Source: Promethearchaeia archaeon (GTDB lineage Archaea > Asgardarchaeota > Lokiarchaeia > Sigyniarchaeales > SOKP01). From it: DNA of 7,884 nt. The stretch's first letter is position 1. Every line of letters begins with the position of its first letter. The translations under genes were made by a program, and so were the position numbers. Shown in pieces: positions 5,548 to 7,884 of this stretch. The stretch is taken from the NCBI GenBank assembly GCA_046497275.1, contig JAWOFX010000014.1, positions 1 to 7,884 of the forward strand. The letters run 5' to 3'. Under the pieces are notes generated by a model. That model ran no database searches and was not told the origin of the DNA. It worked only from the letters and a program-made list of their open reading frames with translations.

Positions 5548-6435
5548 ATGGAAATTATTACTCTAAAAAATTTCTTATTTGAAAAATATCATGGGTTAGG
5601 GAATGACTACATTCTAGTTGATGATAGAAAGCTTCAAATCCCAGAAGAGAAAAAGAAAGATCTCGCCAAGAAGATCTGCGAATCACATTTCTCTATTGGA
5701 GCTGATGGGTTAATTTATGTTTGTGATTCTGAAATTGCGGATATAAAAATGAGAATTTTTAATAATGATGGTACAGAAGCGGAGATGTGTGGGAATGGAA
5801 TACGATGTTTCTCGAAATATGTATATGAACATGAGATTGTAAAAAAAAAGGAAATGCAGGTGGAAACTTCAAAAAAGAATGTTTCAGCTAAATTGAAATT
5901 AACTGAAGATGGGACTGTAAAAGATGTTGAAATTGATATGGGAGAGCCAATTTTAGAATGTAATAAAATTCCTGTTATACCTGATAAGAATGACAGTTTT
6001 GAATGTTTAAATGAACCATTACCCGTGTTAGACAAAATTTTTAATGTATCAGCGATTTCAATGGGAAATCCTCATGCGGTGATTTTTGTAAAAAAGCAAC
6101 TGGATGATAACGATTTAAACAAATATGGCGCGGCTATTGAAACGCATAAGCGTTTTCCAAATAAAACAAATGTTGAATTTGTAAAAGTCCTCTCTAATAA
6201 AGAGTGTGTTGTGAGAGTGTTTGAAAGAAGCGTTGGGATTACAAAGTCTTGCGGAACTGGGAGTTGTGCTTCAGTGGTAACGGGTGTTATTCTAGGAAAA
6301 TTTGTTAAAGATGAGCGAGTTTTAGTTCACAATGATGGCGGTGATTTAATTATTTCATATGATGGAAAAACTGTTCTGATGGAAGGTCCAGTGGAGAAAG
6401 TATTTTCTGGAAAAATTGAAAAAATAGAATTTTAA
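5548..6435 (+). CDS. dapF: Diaminopimelate epimerase
   Basis: 295 aa with KYHGLGNDY, GADG, NNDGTEAEMCGNGIRC (catalytic Cys 1), MGNPHAV, TNVEF and FER..G.T.SCGTG (catalytic Cys 2). Directly upstream of lysA. Confidence 0.93.
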   Translation: MEIITLKNFLFEKYHGLGNDYILVDDRKLQIPEEKKKDLAKKICESHFSIGADGLIYVCDSEIADIKMRIFNNDGTEAEMCGNGIRCFSKYVYEHEIVKKKEMQVETSKKNVSAKLKLTEDGTVKDVEIDMGEPILECNKIPVIPDKNDSFECLNEPLPVLDKIFNVSAISMGNPHAVIFVKKQLDDNDLNKYGAAIETHKRFPNKTNVEFVKVLSNKECVVRVFERSVGITKSCGTGSCASVVTGVILGKFVKDERVLVHNDGGDLIISYDGKTVLMEGPVEKVFSGKIEKIEF

Positions 6436-6466
6436 TGATCTAGTTTTCAATATTTATATCTTATTT

Positions 6467-6471
6467 AGGAG
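6467..6471 (+). promoter_or_regulatory. Shine-Dalgarno site of lysA
   Basis: AGGAG(AGAG) ending 6 nt before the ATG at 6478. Confidence 0.65.
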
Positions 6472-6477
6472 AGAGAA

Positions 6478-7791
6478 ATGAAAATAGACGAATGGTTAAA
6501 AAGGAAAGATCTTAAATATGAAGATGATGAGCTTTTTATTGCTGATATTAAATGCACAGATTTAGCTAGCAATTACGGCACCCCTGTATATATCATAAAT
6601 GAAAGACTCATAAGAAAAAGATATAGAACACTAAAAGACTTGTTAAACTCAATTTATAAAAATAATGAAATTCATTATGCTGTTAAAGCGAATTCAAACT
6701 TATCCGTTTTAAAAATTCTGTACACTGAAGGATCTAGTGTGGACTGCAGTTCTGTTGGAGAAGTTTTTTTATGTTTAAAAGCGGGATTTTCTCCAGATCA
6801 AGTTATATATACAGGAAACATGTTCACAGATGAGGATTTTCGATTTGCAGTCGAACATAATGTGAGAATTAATTTAGATAGCATTAGTCAAATAAAAAGA
6901 TTGGCAAAGATCTATGAAGAATTAAATAAAGAAAAAGGGCTAATTTCTTTTAGAATTAATCCTGAGTTTGGAGCCGGACATCACGCCCATACCATCACTG
7001 CTGGGAAAGATATTAAGTTTGGAATCTTAAACAAGCAAGTTATAAGAGCCTACAAAAAGGCTAAAGAATACGGATTTAATCAATTTGGTACTCATATTCA
7101 TATAGGTTCGGGGATTATTGATGCTGAAGATTATCAAAAAGCGATAGAAAAATATTTAGAAATCATAATGAATTTAGCAGATACTCTAAATATAAAATTT
7201 AATTTCGTTGATTTTGGTGGAGGTTTGGGAATTCCTTACAAGCCTAATCAAGAGCCTTTAGATTTGAATGAATATAAGAAAATTGTATTAGAGTCAATGA
7301 TAAATTTAATTGAAAAATATGATATAGGAGAACCAGAATTAAAGATCGAACCAGGTAGGTTTATTGTAGCTGAAGCTGGGATAATTTTAACACAAATAAA
7401 CACTATTAAAGATAATGGGTATAAAAAATTTATAGGAGTGGACGCCGGATTCAATACATTAATAAGACCTACAATGTATGGATCTTATCATCACATCATT
7501 CCTTGTAGGGTAAAAAATGACACAGCTTTAGAAGAATATGATATTACGGGTCCGATATGTGAATCGGGAGATATATTAGGAAAAGATAGAAAATTACCTC
7601 AAGTCAATGAAGAGGACTATTTAGCAATTATGGATACAGGAGCTTATGGCTTTGTGATGTCCAGCGTCTATAATTCAAGACCAAAACCTTCTGAAGTCTT
7701 AATATATGAGAAAAAATCTTTTTTAATCCGAGAAAGAGAAAAACTTGAAGATCTTATTGAAAAGCAACAAATCCCAGACCATCTTAAATAA
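6478..7791 (+). CDS. lysA: Diaminopimelate decarboxylase (PLP-dependent, fold type III)
   Basis: 437 aa with the PLP lysine in YAVKAN, plus KFG, HIGS, DFGGGLG, EPGRF, LIRPTMYG, GPICESGD, GAYG and YNSRP. These motifs fit DAP rather than ornithine specificity. Confidence 0.95.
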   Translation: MKIDEWLKRKDLKYEDDELFIADIKCTDLASNYGTPVYIINERLIRKRYRTLKDLLNSIYKNNEIHYAVKANSNLSVLKILYTEGSSVDCSSVGEVFLCLKAGFSPDQVIYTGNMFTDEDFRFAVEHNVRINLDSISQIKRLAKIYEELNKEKGLISFRINPEFGAGHHAHTITAGKDIKFGILNKQVIRAYKKAKEYGFNQFGTHIHIGSGIIDAEDYQKAIEKYLEIIMNLADTLNIKFNFVDFGGGLGIPYKPNQEPLDLNEYKKIVLESMINLIEKYDIGEPELKIEPGRFIVAEAGIILTQINTIKDNGYKKFIGVDAGFNTLIRPTMYGSYHHIIPCRVKNDTALEEYDITGPICESGDILGKDRKLPQVNEEDYLAIMDTGAYGFVMSSVYNSRPKPSEVLIYEKKSFLIREREKLEDLIEKQQIPDHLK

Positions 7792-7814
7792 TGTTTGTTT
7801 ATTTGTTTAGCTTT
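7792..7814 (+). terminator. Putative T-rich terminator after lysA
   Basis: TGTTTGTTTATTTGTTTAGCTTTT immediately after the TAA stop. Confidence 0.35.
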
Positions 7815-7884
7815 TAGATAAGGGGATCATTAACACAAAATTAGTTCCTTTTTCATAATTGCCTTTTATACGTGATTGTATAGA

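Noticed and set aside
5478-5582. 34-codon out-of-frame uORF overlapping the dapF start, considered as an attenuation leader peptide
   Set aside because: Only four scattered Lys codons, no terminator/antiterminator hairpins, and it begins upstream of the likely TATA box.
5715-7454. - strand ORFs 5715-6035 and 7248-7454
   Set aside because: Antisense shadows of dapF and lysA.
7820-7854. AAGGGGAT...GTTCCTTTTT, considered as a bacterial-type intrinsic terminator hairpin
   Set aside because: The stem needs three G:U pairs and a loop of about 19 nt; too weak to call.
1-7884. CRISPR arrays, tRNA/rRNA, IS elements, integrases, defence genes, stop-codon recoding
   Set aside because: No regularly spaced repeats, terminal inverted repeats with transposase, or interrupted genes seen; all seven CDS appear complete under the standard code.

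Overview
AT-rich window (about 30% GC by eye, not computed) that looks archaeal, most likely Asgard/Lokiarchaeia. This is inferred from a PGF/Loki-CTERM-type sorted surface protein, TATA/BRE-like boxes and oligo-T terminators; no marker gene is present. There are seven real genes in two divergent blocks. Minus strand, in transcription order: leuC, leuD (bacterial clostridial-type isopropylmalate isomerase subunits), a small secreted glycoprotein with a PGF-type C-terminal anchor, an extended TspO-like membrane protein, and a divergent CrtI/phytoene-desaturase-family FAD oxidoreductase. Plus strand: dapF and lysA, the last two steps of the diaminopimelate lysine pathway. I found no RNA genes, CRISPR arrays or mobile elements. 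Most of the window is housekeeping amino-acid biosynthesis. The best leads are the TspO-like plus non-canonical CrtI-like gene pair, the stand-alone PPC-like CTERM glycoprotein, the unusual LeuD specificity loop facing dapF-lysA, and a GC-elevated island with a perfect palindrome in the divergent promoter region. The sequence alone does not prove a new system.
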